Assembly (NCBI GenBank): GCA_964199315.1 | Contig: OZ116698.1 | Coordinates: 34,038,001-34,102,000, forward strand | Source of the DNA: Orbicella franksi | Lineage: Eukaryota | Direction of reading: 5' to 3' | DNA: 64,000 bases | In this document: one piece after another, positions 1-15,084 of the stretch | Layout: every line of letters starts with the position of its first letter | Position numbering within the stretch: position 1 is the stretch's first letter | Made by a program: the position numbers and the translations under genes | The notes under the pieces: model-generated | What the model was told of the DNA's origin: nothing | The model's database searches: none | Seen by the model: the letters and a program-made list of their open reading frames with translations, nothing else

Positions 1-3000
1 GAATCATCTTGTGTGAAAAACACATCGAATTTGGCAGGCTGAGAGGCGCAGTCTGAGTTTGGTTTGGGCGCTTTTCTTAAGCCAAGCATGTATCCGGTTC
101 TTCAGAGTGTTACAGTTGAACTAGAACTTGAAAGGGCATCATGAGCGCACAGATTATGAGAAGTACTTTGATTGTTATCTTTTTTTCTTCCCGTCGTTAA
201 TGAGGCATCTCAGAAACAATAACTCATGGGTTTTTCTTTTCAGTAGAAGGGAATCTATCAAAGGATAGAAAGTAATTCTTCATTAATTCATCTCAAACTA
301 GTCTCAAGAAAACAGAGCTTAAATTTAAGCATCTCGCACAAGAATATTTGTGAAAATAATGACGCATAGATCATATACATGAAGTTATTTCACAGCGAGT
401 CAGTATCAATACCTTATCAACAGAACTAACTCGCCGCGTGTTAGATAATTTCATTACGTTTTAAAAACCCAAGCGCTTTAATTATGAACATACGTTTGCG
501 CCAGAATGATACATTATGCCGGCAAATTTTAAGAGGGCACAACTTCGAGCTTCGATTATTAGGATATGAAAGACGATGACACGAGCAAATTTTGTAGTAC
601 CTTGCTTTGAAGAAACATTCGTGATTTTAAATCGTAAATACTGATTACTTTTAGTTTGACTTATCTCACTGAAGAAGTATTTGTGAATTTAAGTTCTTAT
701 TGGTAGATCAGTAAAGGTACTGATTAAAACCAGCTGAACTTAGGTTAGAATAAACTACTACGAAGTCGAAAAATATCCCATTAGAAGCCACGAAGCCGAC
801 ATTTGAAGTGTAGACTTGAAGCAAAACTGTCTGTTTGAAATATTCATAACCTTAATCTTAAGCTACAGTGTTTTACCCTTTTCCAATATTTAGATTATGA
901 AGTGAAAAGATGTTAGCCGCTTTGGATAAAAGGAAACCGCGAAAACAATAACACGCACCTTTTATGCGCATGCGTTGAAGAGTTTCATCAAACAGTACAA
1001 TTAACCGTAAATATAACATCATTTTAAATTTGGTTTTCTTTTAGTCAGAAAGTATTTTGACGTCGAATTCTCAACATAGCGTGCAACGCTTTATTGTTAA
1101 ACTACTATGATAAACCGATCGATATAACAGACAAACTACTAATAAATTAAGATGCTGATATTCCTGTTAAAGCTGGGATGCCGACCATCTTGACGGCAGG
1201 TTATATTCCAGAGATAAGTGGTAGAGTTATAACTCTAATCCTTGTAAATCAAGGGGAATCGTTTGCGTTTACTCATGTACACAGTGTTAAAATTCTCGAT
1301 TCTCTTTGGCGCTTGACGTTTTCAATCATCACCAGCCTTATTCAACAAGCCTTATTCAAGCTACTGGGAAGACAATTATCTTATTTGAACTTCTTGTCGT
1401 GTCCTAAATTAGAAAGCTCGTTAGCAAATTGCAAACTAAACGCAACAAAGACTTTCTGAAATATTCTTCGAATGATGCATTTACAGGTATTAATTACATT
1501 AGCATTATTGAATAGATTTGGGTTCTTTGTCTCGCTGGTGATATCAACAAAAACAGAAGTAATCTTTCAACAGTAATTCGTATGTAAATAGCCGACACGT
1601 GAATCGTTCCTAGTAAAATACGTGGAATAAATTTAAGATTTTCGTGCTTTTATGTTATATGGAGTTTGTCTTCTCGGCTTATTTTTGTCCGAGCAGGCGA
1701 ACTACAAGTGAGTTTTGTCAGTCAGTCACTCTTTTAGTTTGGGAAGAACAGCTTGAGTGTCGACGGTCAATTTGGTACAATGGCCGGGACGTGATTGTGA
1801 CTATTGGTCGTTGGAAAACATTTGTATTTCAACTTTCAAAGGTAAGTTGTTATCTTGCTAATATATTAAGCGTTTGGTTTCATCTGTTGGCGGTTTATTA
1901 AAATTGAACTCAAATGATTATAGAAATACGGCAGAGAGTCTATGATTTCCGCTTGTTACAATGAGTAATGTCATGATTATGAAGAAAAAACTTTGAGCGA
2001 GGAATCATTATTCATTTCGCAAACTGAGCTTGATGAGTTTGCGGCTGTTTTGTTTTTCTCCTTACGGATTACTAAGGTATGTCTAGCTCTTTTTATTATT
2101 TTGAACTTCCAGGGGAGAGTAAATTTACACCACAGTATATAGAATACGCATAAATTATGAAACATTTGCGGAAGAATTAAAAACTGACTTACAAGCCTTT
2201 AATTAAGACCATACTATTGCTTGAAAGGATAATTTAAATTATTAAAACAAGGAAAGGAAACATCTTGCGGTCTTCAGAATTCTGTCGTTATAGTGTCTTT
2301 ATTTTCAAACTAAAAAGCAAAATTTGCATGTTCTAATGTGAAGCCGGATAATGTCAAAATATACATGATTCTGAAGCAATATTCGACTTCCGTCGCAAGA
2401 TTTTCATATTAAAGAGTGTTAACTTGTTAATGTCTTCTTGTGTTTCGACGATTTATCACAATATCTAAAATTAAGAACCAGAAATTGAAAGAAGACCTTG
2501 TCGATTTAAACTGAAAGAGCGTTTGATTGATTGGTAAACCAACATGAAACAGAACATGGCGGTTTTGGCCTGCGCAAACTGATTTGAATATATAAGCCCT
2601 TTGTTAAAACTTTAAGAACTTTTCTCCTTGCATGATAATGAATTCGCTTTTTGCAGTTTTTCGAAGCACTTGTTTGAAGCAACAAGCTTATTCCAACCGA
2701 GGGTCTAACGAAAAAAAATAGGTTTTGGTGAAAGTTGTTCAATGTATCCTAGGAGCGACAGTCCACTTACATTTATTTGCTGGCCTGCAATAAACCTCCT
2801 GAATTAAACGTAACTGCAAATCCAATTCAGATACCCTCGATAGAGATCTTGATCAGGCATAAATGGTGCAGCGAGAAACTAATATTTGACTGAGAAAACC
2901 GACATCTCATTAGGTGTAATTTATAAGAAATCACGGTCTTTTTCTTAATAAATGACCTTTTTTTGATCAGAAAGAATTTCTAGAAATGTCTCCAAATTCA

Positions 3001-6000
3001 TAAACTGATCCAAAATGGCAAGCGAATTTGTTTCGGGAGGTAATTCGCATGCATGTTGGTAATCTTTCGGCAAAAATTGTTATCGGAAACTATTCACACA
3101 ATCAAAGCCATGCGTTTCGTCAGTTTGTCAGCAGGTGACTGAGATGAAAGAAATTTCCATCTTTTGCGGCGAAGGAAGTTTACTTCAGTTTGGATTGAAA
3201 TGTTGAGTTAAAATTTGATTTGTTACTGTCCTAGATGTTTCTTACTTTGAAAATAAATTTCTGAGTCAAGTTGAATTGCGGGATTGTAAAATAGAAAATC
3301 ACCAGGTAGGACAGCCCAGTTGTGTATCGAGTAGTTTTTAGAGATAACGCCCGGGAAATAACGTATACTTTTCCAATACTAAATGCCAGATTTTCGGTTG
3401 TATTAAGCATCAACGAATGTCACAAAAGCTGCTTTTTAAGGAGAATATTAGCATTTTTATGTTAAAAACCATTAATACAAAGCAGGCACGTGAACTGAGG
3501 TGTGGGAAAAAAAGTGTAAATTGTCGGCCGCAGCAACCAGTCCCAGCACTTAACAATGAACTGATATGTACACACATCAACACTGCGACATCTAGCTAGC
3601 GCCTTCTATGAATGCACAAACTCCTATTCCGACGAATTAGTGCTTAATTAATATAGAAATAGAAATAATCAACTCCACCGAAAAGCCGGCGTTTTAATTT
3701 ATTTTCACATTTTCCTTCTCTACTGGGTGGAAGAAAATCTACGGTGTCGTAGATATGTTCCAGACCAACGTAGTTTTTAATAAGGAGCTCTAAACTATGT
3801 TTTTGTCGTACTTTTCTCAAGGATTTTGCGATATGATTCAAAAATAATTTGCATGTAGGGATAGAGATGTATGTTTACAAGCTTGTAACGAAAGGAATAC
3901 AACAAAAACATGATTATGGGAATTGAACAAGAAATACACCCAAAACTATTTACATAAAATTAATTTTAAGGTCAAGCACCGAAAACATTTTTATGTTCAT
4001 ATTTCTACTTTTCCGTTTATTTCCTCTTAGTATAAAAACAAACGATCAAAATTAAGATTGCGCGGGCGATATAACACAGTGGCTATGGACAGCAATTAAC
4101 ATATGCGGTCAAAAAGGGTCTTTCAAAGCCTACTGAAGCTTGATTTCCTGTGGTAAAGTGAAGCTCTTCAATCAAACAATCAGACTTAGACTCACCACAG
4201 ATGCCGGTGAAAGAGTGATGTTAATGAGTTACGCAAAGTTTGAACTCAAATAATCTGAGGCGAAGGCACAAATACGCCCATTCTGAGCCCGGAATAAGTG
4301 TTTTTCATCTAAAGTAAAATTTTTGGGATTAACAGCACAATGTACTAACCCAAGGAAAGACTGAACAAAAGCATTAAGTAGGTCAAGAGAATGCGAAACA
4401 AAATGTTTAATACGTAATAGTTCTACTTAAAACGCAATTTCTTTTGGGATCAAAATACAATGAATACAATTCTTCTTTAAGTGATTGTTAGTGTGTTAAT
4501 GAAACTGATAAACTAGTCACGAATTTATGGCAGAAATACGAGCATAGAAATAAAACTTTGACTCACAGTATATGTAAAAATGTACAATATTGTTTACCCT
4601 CAACTGAAAGCGAAATTAGTTAATAAGAGTACAAAACGAGCTCTCCAACGCTACTTCAGCGTATTTGTATTTCAATGTAAAGCTTCCGCTGACGAATACA
4701 TTGCAGTTTTCAAAAAGCTGTTGTCAAGCAATTGTTAATTATTTTTTGAGGAAGTCCGGATATTTCGAGTTGTCATTTGGTAGGCTCTGTGGAGGTCGTT
4801 CTAATAAGAAAGCATCACGTTCGGAAGCCTTCGATGTTAATCTGTTTGCTTGTTCCCAACGTGATTGGGCTTTCACCATCCTCGTCAAATAGCAGTCAAA
4901 TTAAATTCGCAACAGAAAAAATAGAAACCTGAAGAAGCCAAGAATGTAAACGGTGTTTAAAACCAAACATCACGACTGCGTGCAAATCAAACGAGGAAAA
5001 CCTACAATACCATTCGGATTTGTTTAAATTCGTATATAGCGAGTGCAAAGTAAAAATAGGCCAGTTAAAATCGACTGAGGATTGAAGAACACAGCAAAAA
5101 AACAAAGATCTTGTGGCTGAATTCACTCAGGTAAGATGTAAACCTAAAATTTACACTCCGTGAAATTTTCGTTTTCACAACCAACTACACTGAAAGAAAG
5201 TAGTGAAAACTTGTTTCTCGTCCGTGAACGGTCTAACATGAAAGCGCTTTTGGAATAAATATTTGGCCATTTTGCCACTTTTGCGATATTACTTTCATGC
5301 AGTAATCGACAGGTGATGAACACAAATCTAAACCGCGAATGGGAAACTATTAATGATTTTAATCAGATAAGAGAGAGCAACTATTTTTCGGAGCACAACA
5401 GAGTACTTTGCAATAATTTGAATTAGTATTTCAGAATCTTTTTTTTTTCTACACTGAGAAAGAAAGCTTGAGTATCTGTCTTACTGAGATCGGTACTTCA
5501 AACAGACCGATTGGCAAACACGTGCATATGAGTTTACAAACAACCCCTTCACATTGCCTTCGAAATTTTAAATATGAATCTTTACTTACATCAAATTCCT
5601 TCTCTTAACAAAGAGATATGTTGATTGCATATAACATGTCAGTTGATTGCTGATGCGATAAAAAACATCTTCAGATAAAGTTAGTTATATAGTCAACTCA
5701 TCGCTTGACAAATTGAACTGAAGAGGACACGGATACTTAAACTACAATTTGCTGTGCATTTTAAAAATTAATGATCCGAAACAGACGTATAGAATGTTGG
5801 CAATAAATTTCTTAATAAACACACCAAAATCTTAATTTTGAATATAGCAGCATTATACTTATTAAAATAGACACACAAAGTCAGATTCATATCTAAGAAA
5901 AAATGCCAGTTTGTCAAGGTGTAAAATTATATGTCTGGAGACTAATAGGTCGAATAGCCGTTGCAAACGCATTTCGCTGTTTATTTCGGTGTCCTTAACT

Positions 6001-9000
6001 CTTCGCAGCCATACTAGTTGTAGTATTTTTAAATTTAAGTGGTTTGGGGGTTTATGACCATGACACGTGTTAAACATTTCCATCTTGGTTGAGTCAAGTT
6101 ATACGTCACAAGGTGATACCCGTCGACTACCTGACAACAGGGACCAGCCACGAGTTTCCCAAGAGACATTTCCTATTTCAACGACTGCTTTCCTGTTCAT
6201 CTCTTTCACACTTAAACGCGAAAAACAGTTCCTACGCTTTTCCTATTCTTAAGGAAAGTTGCTTGGAATAAGATTCATTTTTATTTTACAAAATAGTTAG
6301 AGAAGGCCATCTGCTTCATGCAAACTCAGAAGCCAGGCGAATATTAAATTTATAATGTCTTTGACAGAAAAAGTACATGCTTTAACCATCAAATGAGATC
6401 TCTTTTTTTACCCTTGCAAATTAAACCAGATTGTTAAGTTGAAATAACATTGATTCACCACGTGCAAACGCATATCAAGGCCGGCGTGTGAATCTAGAAC
6501 ATTTTCAAAACAGACGATGAATAAAAACGGTCCGTTAAAGGCATTGTCAAAATATAAATGTTTGTCATGATTTTGGAGTCTAGTAAACACGTTTTGAATC
6601 ATATTACAAAGCTTGATTTCGTTTTCAATTTTTTTATATATTTACAGGAATTTAAAATGGCAAGATTGACTGAAAATTTATTATGGAGCCATATGTCATG
6701 ATAGTAAGAACTGAGTGCGAAAAATAAATAAAAAAAAAAAAATGCTGTGAAAATCTTTAAATAAGCTACTTCGATAACACTTTGGAAATGAAGCGATAAT
6801 TTAAAAGCGTCTGGTTTTAATACAGTAAAATTTGTTAGATTTTTTAGTAAGCACAGAACTGTTTCTTTCTATGATGCAGCTTTCATTACGTATTGATGAT
6901 TTTCATGTTTGATGTAGTGCCGGATGTAAAATCCAAAATTAGTTTCGCAGTCGCATTTCAAAGTGTTTTTCCTGAATAATTCCTGCTGTTCGGTGAGGGG
7001 AAAGAGAGTTTGAAAAACAAAACTCTTTATGCCACTGCATCACACAAAGCAAAATTTACAGAAATCAATATTTAATGAATTTTTCTGTTTCAATTTTCTG
7101 ACACAAAACCAACTGCTATCAGAGAGATTAGAAAGCGCCTGTTAATTTAAATGACTAAAACTCAAGTAAAATTGAACTGCAAAGCCCGTCGAGGGTTTTA
7201 GCTTACGGAAGAATTGTTATTTAAATCAGGTATACTTTGCGAATAAGACTAATTACAAAACGACGTTCTGAGGCCTTGTTTCTCGACTGCTGTTGATTAT
7301 TTGGCTGTTGGCTAAGTTATGTTGAGGTCGCCAAGCCCAGTTTCTTGGTTGCTGGCACAAGATGTTTAGTAACAAAATCAGTACAAAATATTCATCACTG
7401 AATTTATGGAAACTGGAGAATAAGTCGTTTAATCCAACTTGTCTGCAGGTGTTCAAGGAATCCACAAGGTAATTTTACCATCTTTATATATGGCCAAACT
7501 TCATCAGAACTGACAGCGAATTAAGTGGTGTAAATTGTGATAACTAGAAGAAAAATCTGTTGCAACATATGATATAGTGTTTAGACAACACTTATGAAAC
7601 AAATCCTATGACAAGAAAGCCTCGCTATACGAACTGTAACAACATAATGTTCATGTCTCATTGAGGGCATAAGTAATAAAATCCTAAAACAAAACATTAG
7701 ATCGATTTTCCTGAATATTTTACTTTATTTTAGATATTGTGCGAAACGATATTTCCAAGTAACTGAGATGTAAGATAGGATATTGCAGTCAGAGTATTTA
7801 AGACAGAGTTTAATGCAGCTGTTATCTGAGGTATTTAATATTTTGACTTTCTCAAGCTCGTGCTTGCACCCACACGACATTGTATCAAGTATCACTGTTA
7901 CCTCCGGACACCGTTTTGGCAGGCACTTCTTACGTACGATATAAGCTTTTCACAGAACCCGCATCACATTTTACTCCTACTTTACAAAACAGGGACCTCC
8001 CAACAACATCCAATTATTTACAGAATTAAATTCTGCCCTAGAGTGGCTGTTTAAGACAAGTTCAAACAACGACGATTTTTCGGTGAAGAAAGAACGTTTC
8101 CCAGACGCAAAATGTTAGACGTGTTCTTCAAGATGAATCCAATTCCTTTGGAAAAAAATAAAAAGACTGAAAAATCTCAGATAGCTGCCTAATACGACGA
8201 AACTTAATCCACTCGGCCGGTCGACTTGTCAGAACAAGTAACTCCAAACAACCTCTCCCCAGATAATCAACCAACAATTCGTTTTCATCGGTTGCTAGGT
8301 AACCAACAAGAGCAGCAAGAAATCGTTTCACCTCTGTAGCTGAAAATACGGTAATTATGGCAGTAAGTTCGGAAAGGAACAGAGAAAGACAGCTCGATGA
8401 CAAATTGCTTCCGTTAACTTTCATCTTTAAAATATTCACAATCCGTTAACCCAAAATAAGATACCCCTGGCGAGGGCGAAAAAAGTGTTTTCTTCGCTCT
8501 ATTACCCTGTTCAGACGCTAAACTTTGGCCAAAAATAGACCCCCGCAATTTAATCCAGTTAATGTAAATGCGATCGTTACCGACATCAAATACTGTAAAC
8601 ATAAAATGAATAAAAGTAGAATAATAAATCCATCCCTTTACCAATAATAGACTGCTAGCAGTCTCTTTCTTTTCCTAGCGTGTGACGCGAAATCAATGCA
8701 CGAATGCGAAACTGACATAAGCAGAACGACTGAGTGACGAGAAGCGCGAGCGCCTAAAGAAAAAAGGTGTTTTCCTGTCTCGCCTCATTCTCTTCTCATT
8801 TCTTTCCCTGACTAGCAAAATTTTCACTTTTCCAACTGCGCGGGGGATTTCAGGAACCAAAACCGAGTGTATTTGTCCACCAAATAAGGAATTGTGCTTT
8901 AGCAACCAGGCACAAACTTCTTATGTTCCGCACACTTTCTTTTAACTTAGTTTTGTATGCGGCTCACACTAGTCGTGAAACCTTTTCTGCACAATTTTAA

Positions 9001-9817
9001 CCCACCAATTTACCACGATATTATCGTGAATTTTAAGCTCGCGAAAATGGAAGGTATTAGGATAGCTTGATCAAATGGGAGGAACGTAGATGTTCCTTGA
9101 AGTGTAATGTTGTGCCATGTTGTGTTATAATTATAATTAACAATTATTCGCTCTCTATTTCTATTTTAACAGTAGAGTGTTTCTGTCGAGGAACTATCGG
9201 CTTATAGTTGCCCCACGGTAATTTGATGATGTTTAATGTAAAACAAAACTTTGCCCGAAAAGCGAAGCGAGATTTCGTTGCATCATAGTTATATGTCAGC
9301 TTAGATTTACCTGGTAAATCTTCCTCGAAACATTAGAGCAACTAGGAAATGTGGTCACTATGCCGACGACCTCTAGCCACTGCACTCTAATGGCTGATAC
9401 TATACGAATAGCTCAGCCAATCAGATTGCATCAGTATACTTGTAGAGTCCTACTAATTGTTACTGGTACATTGTATATTAAATAAATACTGAGCACGTCA
9501 GATTGAATTCTCACATGAACTGAATTTCGGACCTTAAAGGAAGGCATTGATCATTTTGCCGTAAACAGGCCAGCCAATCGAAACTCTCCAGTTAACTTCA
9601 AAACCCCACTTTTACAGGTGTTGGTATAAGGTGTAAGTTACTCACAGAATCGGTTTTTACTTTTCTCGTAAACATTAAATGATATGATTTGTTCTTATTG
9701 TAGGTTCTATTGCAAACATATCTACTGGGATCAGTAACAACATACCCTGAAGCAGCAAAAAGCTTCAAAGTCCTCCAGTACTAATCAACAGCAGGGAAAT
9801 AAAGAGCAGGAGAAAAC

Positions 9818-10909
9818 ATGTCTGATAACTCCACACAACCTTTCCAAAGACCAGCGGAAAGAAATATACGCGTGGGATTTTACATTGCCACGTTTGTCAT
9901 CGGCTTGATTGGAAACCTTCTGGTTTTAATTGTCATCGCCGCCAAACGAGCCAAGAAAACAGTAAACGATCTCTTTATCATGAATTTAGCAGTGTCTGAC
10001 TTAACACTGATCTTTTTTCTTCCACTTCATATCTATGGCATGTTTCACACCATTCCCGTCAATGCATTCTTCTGTCACTTTATTCGTCCACTCATGACCG
10101 TCTCGTTCTTTGTCAGCGTCTACACACTGACTTCAATGGCTATCCACCGTTGTCACGTGATCTTAAACCCGTTTAAACAGGAAATACGTCAGAAGTCGGC
10201 TGTGCTGTGGATCACACTGCTATGGATTTTGTCGTTCACAAACGTCCTTCCGCTGATGATTGTCACCATACCTGACACAACCCCTGAATGCCTTGAAAAC
10301 TGGCCGAGTCTTGACCACAGGCGGGCCTATACTGTAGCTCTGTTTATTCTTCAGTACGTGCTTCCTTTGGTCATCATCGCAATAGCATACGTCAAAATCG
10401 GTTTAGATCTCAATCGCTCGTGCTCTCGGCGGAGCGTTAGAACTGCTAGAGCCGCTCATAGCCTGGAGAACCAGGCGAGACGGCGCGAAAACTTTAAAGT
10501 AACGAAAACTCTGGCTATAATCGTTATGATATTTGCTGTTTGTATGCTTCCTAGCCAGGTGGCATGGATCCTGTTGGACTTTGGCAATGAAAAGCAGCAG
10601 AACATGGCCATGATAATTTTTAAGTTTTCTCTTGTTCTCACTGTGTTCCACAGCTGTCTCAATCCCCTCGTTTACGGAAGCATCACCAAACAGTTCCGGC
10701 GTGGTTACGTGAAATATCTCTCCTATTTTTGTTGCTGCTACAGGGTATCAATCTTGAAGGAGCTGAAAATTTTACGTCCGTTTGAAAGTTCATCGCAGCA
10801 AGGGCATACAGATTCAAAACGAGCTCTCAACGGGAACAAGCACAAAACAAAACTTGAATCAAGGTTAATCTCCAGTGAAATAATCATGGACACAGTAACT
10901 GTACTGTAG
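9818..10909 (+). CDS. Single-exon rhodopsin-class (class A) GPCR, galanin/allatostatin-A-like neuropeptide receptor family, 363 aa
   Basis: Seven hydrophobic segments. Motifs: TM1 GN (GLIGNLLV), TM2 NLAVSD, TM3 AIHRC in place of DRY, TM4 W, ECL2 Cys (ECLENW), TM5 YVLP, TM6 CMLP, TM7 NPLVY, and a Cys cluster after helix 8. The N-terminus has a sequon (DNST). The subfamily call is from motif resemblance only. Confidence 0.93.
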   Translation: MSDNSTQPFQRPAERNIRVGFYIATFVIGLIGNLLVLIVIAAKRAKKTVNDLFIMNLAVSDLTLIFFLPLHIYGMFHTIPVNAFFCHFIRPLMTVSFFVSVYTLTSMAIHRCHVILNPFKQEIRQKSAVLWITLLWILSFTNVLPLMIVTIPDTTPECLENWPSLDHRRAYTVALFILQYVLPLVIIAIAYVKIGLDLNRSCSRRSVRTARAAHSLENQARRRENFKVTKTLAIIVMIFAVCMLPSQVAWILLDFGNEKQQNMAMIIFKFSLVLTVFHSCLNPLVYGSITKQFRRGYVKYLSYFCCCYRVSILKELKILRPFESSSQQGHTDSKRALNGNKHKTKLESRLISSEIIMDTVTVL

Positions 10910-13900
10910 AGGTAAGAGAAGAGAGTTTTTCTTTCTAGATTAAGACAGAATGAAGAAGAAAGTTGCGAGAATCAATAACTTGCCATCTTGGCCAGCGTCC
11001 CATCCCCTCCACCCCTACTGTCCATTTTAACTTGAAAAAAACGCCGATAAACAATGTTATAGAGGCGTACAATATCTAAATATTCTTGTTGATACATGGT
11101 ATGTCGATGGGGGCAGTTACACTTTTTTACAGTTCATGCTATTTTAAAACGTGTCTCATCCATAAATGTATAGAGTTTAGACCACGCATAGGCTACGTTT
11201 TTATTTACGGCAGTCACATTTTTTTAAAAGGAAATGACTGCCATGTTGTCGAGTTAAATATTTATAAAATCAAACACTGTAGCACTTGAAAGTAAATGCG
11301 ATCCCAAAATGCTATTTTGAAACGTTTCGGTATCTCTGGATGCAAAATGCTCTCTTTAGCTTGTTTTTGATAATATATGTAGGTTCTGATCAGTATGTGG
11401 TTAATTTAGTTTATCATTAGGTGTCTGGCTTTAAAACGGCATAAAGCGATTCATTCTGACCACTTCTTTCAATTCTGTTTCTCTTTACGGCGACCATTTT
11501 TACATTTTACGTAGAGTTGAAAATTCCGTGATGTATCAATCCGATCTCAACATAATAATTGTTTTTCGTCTCTTCATCTGTCTGTTTCACAAAGCACCTC
11601 ATAAAAAAATTAACACTTATAGGCTTAAGGTATCACAAATTTAGGAAAAGGGAGAGGGAAATCGTTAAGTAAATTGATGTGAATTACAAGGGAGTTTCCT
11701 GATGAAGGAAACTGAGAAAAACTAAGAACTTTTTGTTATGTTAAGAGAAGACAGAAGCAAAATTAAGAACAAAGCAAACCGTAACAGATTCAGTTGTTTT
11801 GTAAATGGATTACAAACTCTACAAAACAAAGAGGAACTGGAAACTGAAATGTCGTAAAACATGTACCAAGTATTTTAAAGGTTTCGGCTTTAAAAGATTC
11901 CTTATAATAAAGATCAGATTCTCTATGTCAAAGATTTCACATTTCAGATATTCCCCATATTCAAAGTTGCCCCATTCCATGTTTCCTCTTTGGATTATAC
12001 TCAACTTCGGTCCAAGCACTAATAAAAAATAAAGTTTTTATTGTCGGTTTGAGGTGCAAATTGTAACTGCACCGGACCGTACCGTTCTTCCTCCTTGTAC
12101 AGCCATGACAGCGGTTGAAGCGTGACCTGGGTTCAACGCGATGTAGGGCGGAGAAAGGGAAAGTTCAGAGACTGGATTAAATGATAGTTTACAAAACCCA
12201 TGGTAAAACATTCAACACGTTTTCTTCAGATTTGAAAGTTGACTGTTGCCCACGACTAACGGCGTGAATCCTACAAACTCGTTGGCATGTGCAACAATTA
12301 TAAAAATTAAGACTTGTCACCGAAACAATTTCTCATCTTAATGACTACAATCACACGCATGCTAAACAAATCATGTAGATTAAGGCCTACAATGCTGCTG
12401 AATGTACTATACTGACGTTGGCTGGCTGGCTGGGTGGGACTCTCGCCGCTTTCAGCAAGAACTATCTCGCCTTATTCAACAAGATTTGCAAATCATTTTA
12501 TCGTAAAAAAGCTAATTAACACATCATCGTGGTTTTGCTAGCCTGCGTAGAAGGCTTGGTTTGAAAAATGATTGAAGGAGACCACTCCAGGCCCTTCGGT
12601 TTTTGTCCCCTCTTAGATGTAGTTTAGCCCGAACCTATTCGCATGCGCACAAACTGGCAGCTGTTTCGTCCTAGTTATGCTTCACTAGTAAGTCTCAAAA
12701 TAAATCGTCGAACAACCCGCGGTTAAATGTAATCATTGCTTTGTGATCGTTCTTTTGTTGCATCTGCACGTTTGTCAGACGAAATTTAACTTTTGATGAA
12801 TTTATGCTGGTGAAAGTTCAAAAAACACCGATGTAAAGAAAGACCACCCAATGGAAAGCGATCTGCCGACTCCGCCAGGTGCCTACGCAGCGGTTGATAG
12901 GTGCACTAAAAGTCCTTCAGAAGTGAAATATTTCAGTGAATTTTGTACTCCGTTATCACAAGCATTATCTTAATCACACGCAGGAAGCGGGGAGGTCTTG
13001 ACGACCGCGTCGACGAGATATCACTGCATTTGTGAAGAAAATGGAAAAGATGAGTGGAATTCGAAACTTAGTGGCCTCTCGAGATCTATTACAAACCAAA
13101 TATGGCGACCACCTGGCACATGGATGTCGAACAGTGTCATAAAGAAATGACAAAAAGGTTGACAGGTTAAGAATTTAGTAGAATTCAAAAAGTAGTGAAA
13201 GGAAATTTTAACATTGGTGAACATTTACCATCATGTCATGTCTGCAATTTCATTTCAATCTAACCACCCTGGCGTATTTGTTCCTTCTATAATATTATCT
13301 CTGTTTCAAGTAAATATTCACAAGGTACCAGTTTCTGTTGGTTGCAAAATCCACCGTCAAGCAAATAAAGAGAAAGCCCATAGCTGTGTTATGATGTTCA
13401 TAAATAATAAAAGGAAGTAAAAAATGTACAGACAGGTGTATGCACGCATGGATTATTTAATTTCCTAGGCTATACACATGCAACTTAACTTCTTACAATA
13501 GCATATTCGCTGAAAAAATTAGGCATGCAGTTGGGGATAGTTTGGGAAAACGTAATATACGCCACAACCGGACGAGTTGTCTCGGCAGAAACTGAACTCT
13601 CTTTGCTGTATCTTTTTCCTTGTCCCTTGATGGCTTTAACGGATGACATCGAGAGCTACAACTAAGTAAGTCAGACCTAAAGCAGAAATCGTTAATAAAC
13701 GAGATTTAGCGCAGTTCGTCAAGGTTCTTCAAGTCATTTCACCGCATTGGCAGATGATTGATGGTAATTCACAGTTCATTCTACATTCATTCAACTGAAC
13801 TGAATCCTGAATCCAGCAAAACAGTCGAACCGTTGGGAAGGTAAGGGATTTGTAGCGGCTACATTCAATGGAAATAATTCTCCAGTTTTCTGATTTTCGC

Positions 13901-15084
13901 TCCACAGCTATTTTACAGATCAGTTGAGAAACACAAATGTTATATTTGATTACTTCACTCCCTATGGATTCTGTTTATTAGCAGCTTTATGATAAGCGTT
14001 CATGCAAGTACGGGCGCCGTAAAAACTTGTGTATCTATTGTCAAGATATAAAAAAAACTGGTATACGTAAGTTGGTTTATTAAACCATTCAAAGCATTTC
14101 AGAAGCTGGGAGAAAAGAAAGAGAGTAGCGTACAATTGATTATGACATTGTGTACCCAACAATTTCTAAAAGGAAATGATATGAGGACTGACTGAAACTA
14201 GTTATTTGAAATTATAGTTAAATAAAGCACTTAAAAAGTCTGCCATTCAGAACACTGTATTAAAAACTGTTCGCTCCCTATCCTCGCCATGCAAAGTTAG
14301 CATACCAGTTTTAAATTGAATGAAGCCTGCAAAACTGGTTTACCAGTAACGTAAATAGCCTTTCTCTACTAACGATTTAAAACATGATTGGCCCATTACA
14401 CAGTGGTCATTGAAAAAAGGGATGTATCCGCTGTACAGGTGTTTCATGATCAAAACCGAAAAAAAAACTACGATCATTGCTGGCAACAGAATGAAACCAA
14501 AATATTGCGTGACGATGTTATAATTAGATTGGTTCTTGCTATAAAATGAGCCAGAAATATTTTCTAGAATCAACACCAATCTGCCGTTTACCGTTAGCTA
14601 CTATGACAGACTGCATGATGTTTAGCTATCTTGCTGTGAACAGTTCCATGTAGTTGTAATAAACAAAGCCACTGATCTACTGTTAAAATCAAACCTTGAT
14701 AAAGGTAGGCTTTATATCACATTTCCTAAAGTGAAACAAATTCTAATTTTTTTTTTCGCTGTACATCGTAACCAAAGAAGGTTGCTGGGTTAACCTTATC
14801 ATAACTGTTAAGAGTCCACTGAGTGCAGCTACCTCCAGGGTCTTTCCATTCACACACACACACACACACACACAAAAATAATAACTTTTGCACGCCTTGC
14901 GTGCCTATGTTTAGTATAGATGTTATGGATTTTCTCAGCATGTTGTTTGACGCATAGTTTCATTTTATTTTTATGTTTAGCATGTTTGCAAATGGCGGTC
15001 CTTTATATCTAAATTGCTTGTAATGTTTAAAGGTGTCGATAACGGGTCACACCCACTTGGGCCTGACCCTCGCCGTTGCTTTAA

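Noticed and set aside
1-9700. Many short ORFs, including 8128-8439(-), 1178-1459(+) and an open frame running off the left edge (MLGLRKAPKP..., minus strand, start near 90)
   Set aside because: No recognisable domain and no consistent exon chain could be built; consistent with AT-rich intergenic sequence. A gene cannot be excluded without RNA data.
11699-11725. CTGATGA...GAAA resembling a hammerhead core
   Set aside because: No stem II or stem I pairing could be formed.
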